Shown here in pieces: positions 1 through 7,729 of a DNA stretch of 64,000 bases. The stretch spans positions 45,998 through 109,997 of the forward strand of contig SVRS01000001.1 of assembly GCA_015064695.1 (NCBI GenBank), written 5' to 3'. The notes beneath the pieces are model-generated. The model saw only the letters and a list, made by a program, of their open reading frames with translations, was not told the DNA's origin and ran no database searches. The first letter of the stretch is position 1. Each line of letters opens with the position of its first letter. The position numbers and the translations under genes were made by a program. The stretch comes from Oscillospiraceae bacterium. GTDB taxonomy: Bacteria > Bacillota > Clostridia > Oscillospirales > CAG-272.

Positions 1-627
1 GAAAGCCTGGAGAACACACTCGCCCGCGCCCTGGAGCTGGAGCCGCTCCATCTGTCGGCTTATACCCTCATGCTGGAGGAGGGAACCCCCTATTACCGTC
101 GCGGACGGGCATCCCTGGGGCTTCCGGAGGATGAGGATACGGCCGACGAGCAGGCGGTATCCCTATGGGAGCAGGCATCGGCCATGTTGCGTGGAGCGGG
201 CTACGAGCATTACGAGATCTCCAACTACGCAAGACCCGGCTATCGCTCCCGCCATAATCTCCATACCTGGCAATGCCGGGATTACCTGGGGCTGGGCGTG
301 GCCGCCCATTCCTGTATGAGAGGCAAACGGTTCGGCCAGGCACGGGATCTGCAGGGATTTCTGCGGGGAGAGGATATTACCGAGTTCCGCGAGGCTTTGT
401 CTCCCTCCGACAGGGAAGCCGAGACCATCATGCTGGCCCTGCGCTTGCGGGAGGGAATCAGCGAGGCTGAATTTGCTCAACGCTTCGGACGGGATTTTTG
501 GCATACCTACGGCGATGCCTGCATACCCTTTATAGAGGGTGACTTCATGAGACGTGACAACGGACGGGTGTATTTGACCGAGCGGGGATTTCCGGTCAGC
601 AATACGATCCTGGCAAAAATTATCTGA
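1..627 (+). CDS. hemW: Radical-SAM heme chaperone HemW / oxygen-independent coproporphyrinogen-III-oxidase-like protein, C-terminal part (5' end lies outside the window)
   Basis: Frame 1 is open from base 1 (ESLENTLARALELEPLHLSAYTLMLEEGTPYY...). The HemN_C-type tail (YEISNYARPGYRSRHNLHTWQCRDYLGLGVAAHS ... GRVYLTERGFPVSNTIL) is typical of HemW. Confidence 0.8.
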   Translation, partial: ESLENTLARALELEPLHLSAYTLMLEEGTPYYRRGRASLGLPEDEDTADEQAVSLWEQASAMLRGAGYEHYEISNYARPGYRSRHNLHTWQCRDYLGLGVAAHSCMRGKRFGQARDLQGFLRGEDITEFREALSPSDREAETIMLALRLREGISEAEFAQRFGRDFWHTYGDACIPFIEGDFMRRDNGRVYLTERGFPVSNTILAKII

Positions 628-674
628 TTTTTTGTATTTTTTCGCGTTCTTCTTGAAAAACATGAGAAAACCCG

Positions 675-703
675 TTGACAATCTCTTGGTTTTCGTGTAT
701 AAT
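675..703 (+). promoter_or_regulatory. SigA-type promoter upstream of the DUF1292 gene
   Basis: TTGACA (675-680), a 17-nt spacer, then TATAAT (698-703). Confidence 0.5.
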
Positions 704-779
704 ATAAGCAGACAAAGAGAATCGTATACGAGTTCGTATCGTGATTCCGATTGCTATTTTAGGAAAGGAAGTTTCCACC

Positions 780-1088
780 ATGGATGAAAAGGATCTGCAG
801 AGCGAATATTATATCCTGACCGATGAAGAAGGAAATGAGTTGAAGTTTGAGGTTATCGGCTCTACCGAGATCAACGGTACCCTGTACTACGCGATGATCC
901 CTGTTGACGACCAGCCCGACGAGGAGGACGTATATGAGTACGTCATTCTGAAGGCTGAAAAGGACGAGGACGGCGAGGACGTTCTGGTAACCATTGACGA
1001 CGACGAGGAGTTCGATAACGTAGCCGATTTCTTTGACGATATGTTGTCCGACGAGGCTGATTACGATCTGAACAACGACGGGGAGTAA
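780..1088 (+). CDS. DUF1292 family protein
   Basis: The ATG at 780 follows AGGAAAGGAAG. The protein is very acidic, with the DUF1292 pattern YYILTDEEGNELKFEVIGSTEINGTLYYAMIP...EYVILKAEKDEDGEDVLVTIDDDEEFDNVADFF. Confidence 0.8.
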   Translation: MDEKDLQSEYYILTDEEGNELKFEVIGSTEINGTLYYAMIPVDDQPDEEDVYEYVILKAEKDEDGEDVLVTIDDDEEFDNVADFFDDMLSDEADYDLNNDGE

Positions 1089-1361
1089 TTTCTTCGGTTT
1101 TATTTCATGAAAATGTCCTGCGGGGTTCGTGATATGCAGATATTGTGACCCACATCAGATTAAAGGAGATCGATTCACGAGGTGGTTTGCAGACCTCCCG
1201 TCTTCCCCTACGGTTGACTTGTCCCGAGGACAGACGGATGCTGGGAGCAGTAAAGCCGCGGATAGATCACCGCCCTGGCCAAAACAGGGTTCCGAATGCT
1301 GTATACACGGCCTTGTGGGATATGATAGGATGACAGCAAGCGTATGTTTGCGTATGTGAGG

Positions 1362-1392
1362 GCGTATGTCGGATTCGGCATACGCTTATTTT
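1362..1392 (+). terminator. Intrinsic terminator-like hairpin at the end of a ~300-nt structured intergenic region
   Basis: GCGTATGTCG-GATT-CGGCATACGC forms a 10-bp stem with one G-U pair and a tetraloop, followed by TTATTTTGTATT. The 5' arm GCGTATG also occurs at 1340 and 1350. Confidence 0.5.
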
Positions 1393-1429
1393 GTATTCAT
1401 ATGATTTAACAACGAAAGGAAGATGATCA

Positions 1430-2734
1430 ATGGGAATTATTAAAGCAACGTTGGGCGCCCTGGGGGGCAACCTGGCCGATCAATGGCTGGAGGTGCTGGA
1501 AGCCGATGATATGAGTGATACCACCCTGTTTACCAAGGGTGTGACAGTTCGCCGCGATGACCGTCGGAGCGACAGAAGAAGCAGCAACAAGAAGGGAACC
1601 GAGGACTACATATCCAACGGTTCCATCATCCACGTCTATCCAAATCAGTTTATGATGCTGGTGGACGGTGGTAAAATTGTGGATTTCACCGCCGAGGAGG
1701 GCTACTACAAGGTAGATAATTCCACGGCTCCTTCCATGTTTTCAGGCGGCTTTGGCGCGTCCTTGAAGGAAGCCTTCTCCCGTATTAAGTTTGGCGGTGT
1801 GCCCAGCACGGCCCAGAAGGCCTACTTCGTGAACCTCCAGGAGATCAAGGGCATTAAGTTCGGTACCCGCAACCCGATCAACTACTTTGACAGCTTTTAC
1901 AACGCCGAGTTGTTTCTGCGTGCCCACGGAACCTATTCCATCAAGATCACCGATCCCATCAAGTTCTACACCGAGGTGGTGCCCAGGAACAAGGATAAGG
2001 TGGACATCAATGACATCAACGAGCAGTATCTCAACGAGTTCCTGGAAGCATTGGGCGCGGCTATCAACTCCATGTCCGCTGATGGCATCCGTATCTCCTA
2101 CGTAGTCTCCAAGTCTCGTGAGCTGTCCCGCTATATGCAGACCGAGCTGGACGCCGACTGGAAGGAGCTTCGCGGTATGGAGGTTCTGTCGGTCGGTCTG
2201 GGAGGCTTGTCTTACGACGAGAACTCCCGTAAGATGATCGATATGCGGAACCAAGGCGCCATGCTGGGGGATGCCGCCGTCCGTGAGGGCTACGTCCAGG
2301 GCGCGGTGGCACGCGGCATGGAAGCCGCGGGCAGTAATGCGGCCGGCTCGGCCCAGGCCTTTATGGGTATGGGCATGGCCATGAATGCGGGAGGCGGCTT
2401 TATGGGCGCGGCCTCGGCCTCCAACCAACAGCAGATGGCGCGGGAGCAGGAAGCCCGCGCGTCGGCTCCTGCGGCTCCAGCGGCTCCTGCGGGCGGTTGG
2501 ACCTGCTCTTGCGGCCAGACCAATACGGGCAAGTTCTGCGCCGAGTGCGGATCGCCTAAGCCTGCCGCCGTTGCGGGAGGAAGCTGGACCTGCGCCTGCG
2601 GTGCGGTCTGTACGGGGAAATTCTGCTCCGAGTGCGGCTCGCCCAAGCCTGCCGCCGAATGGTTCTGCACCGAATGCGGTGCCAGGAACGATGCCTCCGC
2701 CAAGTTCTGCGCGGAGTGCGGAAAGAGAAAGTAA
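1430..2734 (+). CDS. SPFH (stomatin/prohibitin/flotillin-like) domain protein with three C-terminal zinc ribbons; YdjI/COG4260-like
   Basis: The N-terminus MGIIKATLGALGGNLADQWLE and body match the YdjI-type SPFH family. The tail carries WTCSCGQTNTGKFCAECG, WTCACGAVCTGKFCSECG and WFCTECGARNDASAKFCAECG. An RBS (GAAAGGAAG) precedes the ATG. Confidence 0.8.
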   Translation: MGIIKATLGALGGNLADQWLEVLEADDMSDTTLFTKGVTVRRDDRRSDRRSSNKKGTEDYISNGSIIHVYPNQFMMLVDGGKIVDFTAEEGYYKVDNSTAPSMFSGGFGASLKEAFSRIKFGGVPSTAQKAYFVNLQEIKGIKFGTRNPINYFDSFYNAELFLRAHGTYSIKITDPIKFYTEVVPRNKDKVDINDINEQYLNEFLEALGAAINSMSADGIRISYVVSKSRELSRYMQTELDADWKELRGMEVLSVGLGGLSYDENSRKMIDMRNQGAMLGDAAVREGYVQGAVARGMEAAGSNAAGSAQAFMGMGMAMNAGGGFMGAASASNQQQMAREQEARASAPAAPAAPAGGWTCSCGQTNTGKFCAECGSPKPAAVAGGSWTCACGAVCTGKFCSECGSPKPAAEWFCTECGARNDASAKFCAECGKRK

Positions 2735-2790
2735 ACGGGAGAACGACGGGGTCTTACCCCTGTATCAACGTTTTATAAGGGAGACTACAT

Positions 2791-3852
2791 ATGTCTACAG
2801 AAAATGCGGTAGCCTACCAATGCCCCTGCTGCGGGGCGGGCTTAGGCTTTGATCCCGAGAAGCAAAAGTTCGCTTGTGAGTTCTGCCTGTCCGAGTTTGA
2901 CGAGGCGGAGCTGGCAAGCTCAGGCGCGGCAGAGGCCGCCCAAAAGCAAGCCGCCGACGGCGAGTCGTATTGCGAGCAGATGAACCTGTTCACTTGCCCC
3001 AACTGCGGCGCAGAGGTGATAGCTGATGACAATACCGTAGCGGATTTCTGCTACTATTGCCATAATCCCGTGGTTCACGGGGGACGGTTGTCCGGTCAGC
3101 TCCAGCCCCACAAGATCGTCCCCTTCCGCATTGACCGGGAGGAGGCGCAGAGCATCTTCCTCAAATGGTGCAAGCGGAAGTGGTTCGTGCCGACGGAATT
3201 CAAGACCCGGACCCACGCAGCGCAGATCCGAGGCGTGTATTATCCCTTCTGGGTCACCGACGCCGATGCCAGCGGATCAGCGGATTTCAATGCCACCAAG
3301 GTTCGCTCCTGGCGGGCGGGAGATTATAAGTATACCGAAACGAAGGTCTATGACGTTGAGCGGGCGGGAGAGATCCATTTTGAGGACATCGTCACCTGTG
3401 CGCTGTCAGAGACGGATAAGAAAATGCTGGAGGGGGTTCTGCCCTATCCGTCCGCCGAGCTGGTGGATTTCTCCATGCCCTACCTGTCGGGCTTTTTCGC
3501 CAAAAAGCGGGATATCGAGCGGGATGCACTCTCGGAGGAGGTGCGGGGCAGGATGCATACCTACACCCAGGAGCTGTTCCGCCGCACCATTTCTTCGTCC
3601 TATTCGACGTTGAGCCCTTCCGCGTTGAACGTCCACATCAAGCAGAGCCATTGGGAGTACGCCCTCCTGCCCATTTGGGTGTTGACCTATACCCATAAGA
3701 ACGGACGGGTCTATACCTTCGCCCTGAACGGCTCTACGGGGAAGATCTACGGAGAGCTGCCCATCAGCTATCCTAAGCTGGCCATTCTGGCGGGCGCCGT
3801 AGCGGTCCCTGCAACGGCGATTCTGTCCATGATCGGAGGTGTGCTGTTCTGA
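2791..3852 (+). CDS. Zinc-ribbon protein with a C-terminal membrane anchor; YdjG-like
   Basis: Two CxxC...CxxC ribbons are present (YQCPCCGAGLGF...FACEFC; FTCPNCGAEV...FCYYCHNP). There is a C-terminal TM helix (LAILAGAVAVPATAILSMIGGVLF). It sits between an SPFH gene and a TPM gene, as in the B. subtilis ydjGHI operon. Confidence 0.65.
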   Translation: MSTENAVAYQCPCCGAGLGFDPEKQKFACEFCLSEFDEAELASSGAAEAAQKQAADGESYCEQMNLFTCPNCGAEVIADDNTVADFCYYCHNPVVHGGRLSGQLQPHKIVPFRIDREEAQSIFLKWCKRKWFVPTEFKTRTHAAQIRGVYYPFWVTDADASGSADFNATKVRSWRAGDYKYTETKVYDVERAGEIHFEDIVTCALSETDKKMLEGVLPYPSAELVDFSMPYLSGFFAKKRDIERDALSEEVRGRMHTYTQELFRRTISSSYSTLSPSALNVHIKQSHWEYALLPIWVLTYTHKNGRVYTFALNGSTGKIYGELPISYPKLAILAGAVAVPATAILSMIGGVLF

Positions 3853-4628
3853 TGAAAAACGCGTATACGAAAAGAACCGCAGCCCGGATCCTGACCATTC
3901 TGCTCCTGGCTCTTTGCTTTACCGTAGCCCTGCCCCTGTCTGCCGAGAATGTGGGACGTGTCTATGACCCCGGTGAGATGCTGACTGCGGCGCAGGCGGC
4001 AGAGCTGTCCGTGCTTCTGGACGAGCTTTCAGAGGAAAACGAAGTAGAGCTGTATATGGCCACCTACTATGCCGACAATGCCGCCGACGATTTTTACGGA
4101 GATGATTACTGCCACCGGGTTCGTGACCTGGAGGGAACCGATGCGGTTTTGCTGGTGGTGACCTTTGAGGAGCTGGCCAATACGTATTACTACGATATGT
4201 ACACCTACGGCCGTGCCAATACGGCCATCAGCCAAAAAGAGGTGGACTATATCCTGGATTCCTATGGGGTGTACACCAACATCAAAGGCGGCAACGTCGC
4301 TGAGGGCGTAAGAAACTTTTTCGAAATGTCTGCCAAGGCCTACGACGGTCGCGTGGGTGAGCCCTGGATCAAGGTGATCGGAATATCGGCCATCCTGGCG
4401 ATGATCATCGCCCTGGCGATTTGCGGAGGAGTTGTGTATTCCTACAAGAAAAAGAAGGCTTCCGTAGACTACCCCCTGGATCAGTACGCCAAGCTGAATC
4501 TGACCAAAAGCAACGACAATTTCGTTCGGGAATATACCACCCGTACCTATTGTCCGCGTTCTAACGGAAACAGCGGCGGAGGCGGAAGCCGTCACGGAGG
4601 CGGCGGAGGCCACCGCGGCGGACGATGA
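3852..4628 (+). CDS. TPM-domain (YgcG/YdjH-like) membrane protein with a Gly-rich tail
   Basis: Its start overlaps the upstream stop (ATGA). It has a signal/TM segment and a TPM-like body (VYDPGEMLTAAQAAELSVLLDELSEENEVELYMATY). A TM helix follows, then GNSGGGGSRHGGGGGHRGGR, a tail typical of TPM proteins. Confidence 0.7.
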   Translation: MKNAYTKRTAARILTILLLALCFTVALPLSAENVGRVYDPGEMLTAAQAAELSVLLDELSEENEVELYMATYYADNAADDFYGDDYCHRVRDLEGTDAVLLVVTFEELANTYYYDMYTYGRANTAISQKEVDYILDSYGVYTNIKGGNVAEGVRNFFEMSAKAYDGRVGEPWIKVIGISAILAMIIALAICGGVVYSYKKKKASVDYPLDQYAKLNLTKSNDNFVREYTTRTYCPRSNGNSGGGGSRHGGGGGHRGGR

Positions 4629-4650
4629 TCGATTACCGATTGGTAAACAA

Positions 4651-4690
4651 AAAGCACGGCGCATCCCTTGCGGATGCGCCGTGCTTTTTG
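4651..4690. terminator. Bidirectional intrinsic terminator between convergent genes
   Basis: A perfect hairpin AAAAGCACGGCGCATCC-CTTGC-GGATGCGCCGTGCTTTTT, with an A-run on one side and a T-run on the other. Confidence 0.75.
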
Positions 4691-4727
4691 TCGCGGGAAC
4701 GTTTCGGTAACGATCAACGATCAACGA

Positions 4728-5504
4728 TCAACCGAGCATATCGTCGAAATCAGCCTCCGTGTAGCTGGCAGCGTCGGAGGGGGCGACGATGGGCTGAACG
4801 TTGTCGTAGGTGTACTTGGCGTTCATGGTCATGGAGACAGTATAGGTCTGACCCTCGGCGGTAACGGTGTAGGAGGCGGTCAGAGCCATGGACTCGTACT
4901 TGCCGTCGGAAATGGTCAAAACATAGGACAGATCGCCCACAGCGGTCTCGGCGCCGGCAGAGGTCACGGCATCGGTGAGGACCTCGTTCATGGCGTTCAG
5001 ACCCTCGGTGGTGATACCGGAGCAGGTGATCACGTGCTTGCCGTCCTTGTTCTCCAGGGTCAAGGACTCAAAGCTGGTGGAGTCTACGGGCAGCTGGGCA
5101 CCGTTCTCCTCCATAAACTCCTTGTACTGCTCCTCGTTCAGAGTGGACTTCATCTTAACGGCCTCACCCATCAGGGACATATCGTAGTACAGGATGTTCT
5201 CAACGACGGTCATCTTGATGCTGGCAGACATACCGGGCATGACCTCCATGGACATATCCATGGCCATGTTCTTGCCGTCTACGGTTACGGGAACCTCCAC
5301 ACTCATGGCGTCGAAGATCTCGCTCATCTCGCTGTTATTGCAATCGAAATCCATAGAGACGGTGACGGTGTAGGGATGCTCGGTCAGGTACTGGTCGGCA
5401 TCGGCGATGGCGCTGGCGGCGGTGACGGCCTCACAGGATGCAAAAGCGAAAACGCTCATGGCAACCATAGCGATCATCAACGCAATCGAAAGAAACTTCT
5501 TCAT
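4728..5504 (-). CDS. Putative lipoprotein, function unknown
   Basis: The start at 5504 (MKKFLSIALMIAMVAMSVFAFASC) is preceded by AAAGGAGAAC. Lipobox is FASC. The longer track ORF (to 5558) adds an unlikely N-terminal extension. Confidence 0.7.
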   Translation of the reverse strand: MKKFLSIALMIAMVAMSVFAFASCEAVTAASAIADADQYLTEHPYTVTVSMDFDCNNSEMSEIFDAMSVEVPVTVDGKNMAMDMSMEVMPGMSASIKMTVVENILYYDMSLMGEAVKMKSTLNEEQYKEFMEENGAQLPVDSTSFESLTLENKDGKHVITCSGITTEGLNAMNEVLTDAVTSAGAETAVGDLSYVLTISDGKYESMALTASYTVTAEGQTYTVSMTMNAKYTYDNVQPIVAPSDAASYTEADFDDMLG

Positions 5505-5843
5505 AATGATGTTCTCCTTTTCGTATTTTGGTATGGCAGGACACACATACCTATTCATAACTTATTATAAACTTCGAGGGAGGTTTTGTCAATGTGCAAA
5601 GTATACAAATAAAAGATGATGATTTTGGACAAAAAGGTTGAAAGGAATGGGAGACTTTGCAAAAAGGGAGGCGAGAGGGCCTGAATGCGTGCTTGTTATG
5701 AAAAAAGCAGAGACATTGAGAGACTTCTTATAAGGATGTTATCGCAACCAATCGTAGGGGAGGGGTCTCCCCTTCCGCAAGCATTCGATCAGGACGACAG
5801 AGCGGGAGTCGAAACGCCTCCCCTACGGATCATCAACAAATTT

Positions 5844-6170
5844 CGGGAGAGAACTTGTTCTCTCTGCCGATTTGTGTTATAATGAGGCTAACACAAGCCT
5901 TCCTCCGAGATGCCATCCGCAAGCGGATGCGGTGGCACGCGAAGCGAGACGGAAGGAGCCCGCGCGACTTTAAATTTGTGTGAACTTGATTATAACGCGC
6001 TCTCCCTCAGTCGCTCCGCGACAGCTCCCTCACGGAGGGAGCCTTTTGTAAATCCTTGCTTATAAAAAACACCACCAAAGAAATGGGTGATGTCCTTATC
6101 GGAGAAATTTTATAAGGGGTATGGGCATAGCCCTGTGCATTTGTGAAACAAATGCGAAGCTTGCAATAAA
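5844..6170 (+). repeat. Copy A of a ~300-bp dispersed element (inverted copy at 52985-53275)
   Basis: Long stretches match the reverse complement of 52985-53275. Examples: CGGNAGAGAACTTGTTNTCTCTGCCGATTT.TG.TATAAT, CCTCCGAGATGCCATCCGCAAGC.GATGCGG, AACGCGCTCTCCCTCAGTCGC, AGCTCCCTC.CGGAGGGAGCCTTT, AGGGGTATGGGC. Confidence 0.75.
5855..6047 (+). ncRNA. Candidate small RNA encoded by repeat copy A (promoter + ~160-nt transcript + terminator)
   Basis: TTGTTC (5855-5860), a 17-nt spacer, then extended -10 TGTTATAAT (TATAAT at 5878-5883). The terminator is GCTCCCTC-ACG-GAGGGAGC (6024-6042) followed by CTTTT. An internal hairpin CATCCGC-AAG-GCGGATG is present, as is a CU-rich CCTTCCTCC tract. Confidence 0.35.
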
Positions 6171-6456
6171 AACAGAAGAGAGAGTAACGCGGTTACAAAA
6201 TTCCGTGAAGCTCTCTCTCTTTTTCTGCTTTTTTCGTGATATTCTTTGCTTTCGCAAAGAGTGATATTATTGCTACCGCAATAGTGATATTGAAGCCTTG
6301 CGGCTTCAGTGGTATTCTATTCGCCCTGAAACTCGCGAAGCGAATACCACTCGGCGCGAGCCGAATATCACTGCGTAGCAATATCACTCGCCACAGGCGA
6401 ATAGAACTGGCGTGATACTCCGATAAGAGTATCACGCCAAATCCTTGGTGGTGTTC
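6068..6456. mobile_element. MITE-like segment bounded by 13-bp inverted repeats and filled with short hairpins and GTGATAT words
   Basis: AACACCACCAAAG (6068-6080) pairs with CCTTGGTGGTGTT (6444-6456). The interior (6230-6440) holds about 7 short hairpins, e.g. GGCGTGATACTC-CGATAA-GAGTATCACGCC. GTGATAT runs forward in the left half and ATATCAC in the right half. There is no ORF of its own. Confidence 0.35.
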
Positions 6457-6564
6457 GTACTTTTTCCGCTAAGAATGCAGAGGCGGGAACCAGCCTTTTG
6501 TCTCTGCGGATTTTTCATATGAAGGCTTGGGGGAAGAACTCTCCCTTTATATGCATGCAGGATC

Positions 6565-7623
6565 TCAGAACTGCAGATCCACCTCGACGGGCATATGGGT
6601 GCGGTCAGACTCGAAAGCGGCCTCCATGATCTTCATGTCTACCATCATCTGATGATGGGTGACGATCTGGGTCTCCTCGCCGTCGATGGCGCGGACCCAG
6701 TTGCGGTAGTAGTCGTGGACGTCGGCCGCAGGCTGGGGGATCTCCTTGGAGGAGATGGAGGAATCGGTTCTGGGCGCCATGGTCTTGGTGATACCGGCGG
6801 CGGTGACCACAGGCACCACTTCCTTCTCGTTATAGTTGTGGCACCAGACCACCTTGCAGGGGTTGCTCCAATCGGGGATGATCGCGGAGCCGTCGCGACC
6901 GGTCATATAGAAGCGGGTCAAGCCGATAAAGTTGGAGGTGCCGACCTCGATGTGAGCGGTCAGGTCGCCCTCGAAGTACATCTCCAGCTTGAAGCCGTCA
7001 TCAACCAGCTCGTTGGTGATGTGGTCGCAGGTACACCAGATGCGCTTGAGCTTGCGGTCGGTGACGATACCCATCATTTGGTCGATGAGGTGAATACCCC
7101 AGTCCAGCATCATACCGCCGCCCTGCTCGGGAAGCTGTCTCCAGTCGCCGGGGATACCGCGGGAGCCGTGTACACGGGACTCAATGTGGTGAACAGGGCC
7201 CAGGTCTCCACTCTTGTATACGTCGCGCATGACCAGGAACTCACCGTCCCAACGGCGGTTCTGGTGAACCGTAAACAGCTTGCCGGCGGCATTGGCGGCA
7301 TCGATCATCTCCTGCAAATCAGCAGAGGAGAGGGTAACGGGCTTCTCGCTGATGACGTGCTTGCCTGCGGCGAAGGCCTGCAGAGCGATGGGCTTGTGGA
7401 AGTCGTTGGGGGTCGCGATGGTGATGAAATCGATCTGAGGATCGGCCAGAAGCTCCTCCAGGGATGCGTAGGCGTGGATGCCCTTTGCCTCGGCAGCCTC
7501 GCAACGGGAGGGCTTAATATCGTAAATACCAACCAGGTTGACTACGTCGCTGTTCTTCATAAAGTCGGCGTGCCAGCCGCCCATGCCACCGTAACCGACG
7601 ATGGCTCCATTTTTCTTTGCCAT
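6565..7623 (-). CDS. Gfo/Idh/MocA family NAD(P)-dependent oxidoreductase
   Basis: N-terminal Rossmann motif (GAIVGYGGMGGWH), EKP motif (HVISEKPV), and the family's typical C-terminal alpha/beta domain. Confidence 0.9.
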   Translation of the reverse strand: MAKKNGAIVGYGGMGGWHADFMKNSDVVNLVGIYDIKPSRCEAAEAKGIHAYASLEELLADPQIDFITIATPNDFHKPIALQAFAAGKHVISEKPVTLSSADLQEMIDAANAAGKLFTVHQNRRWDGEFLVMRDVYKSGDLGPVHHIESRVHGSRGIPGDWRQLPEQGGGMMLDWGIHLIDQMMGIVTDRKLKRIWCTCDHITNELVDDGFKLEMYFEGDLTAHIEVGTSNFIGLTRFYMTGRDGSAIIPDWSNPCKVVWCHNYNEKEVVPVVTAAGITKTMAPRTDSSISSKEIPQPAADVHDYYRNWVRAIDGEETQIVTHHQMMVDMKIMEAAFESDRTHMPVEVDLQF

Positions 7624-7685
7624 GATGAAATATCCTTTCTCATAAACAGATATGGCTCCGCAGTGTGATACCTGCGGACAAAATC

Positions 7686-7714
7686 ATTATACAACAGATT
7701 TGAAAAAAATGCAA
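7686..7714 (-). promoter_or_regulatory. SigA-type promoter for the oxidoreductase gene
   Basis: On the minus strand: TTGCAT, a 17-nt spacer, then TATAAT. Confidence 0.5.
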
Positions 7715-7729
7715 GTCATTTGAACAATT

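Noticed and set aside
1200-1330. Guanidine-I (ykkC) riboswitch-like words (AGGGTTCCG, ACACGGC..GGGATA, GTCCCGAGGA).
   Set aside because: The words occur in the wrong order relative to the ykkC consensus, and the GCCCGGGAGA 3' element is missing. The downstream SPFH gene is not a typical guanidine-responsive gene. I kept only the generic 'structured leader' observation.
5560-5843. Small ORFs in the repeat-rich intergenic regions. Examples are 5685-5882, 6193-6435, 53167-53412, 53705-53974, 55739-55993, 1129-1359 and 10767-10949.
   Set aside because: They lie across dispersed repeats and hairpins, lack an RBS, and their 'protein' similarity between copies is explained by DNA-level repeat conservation in either orientation.
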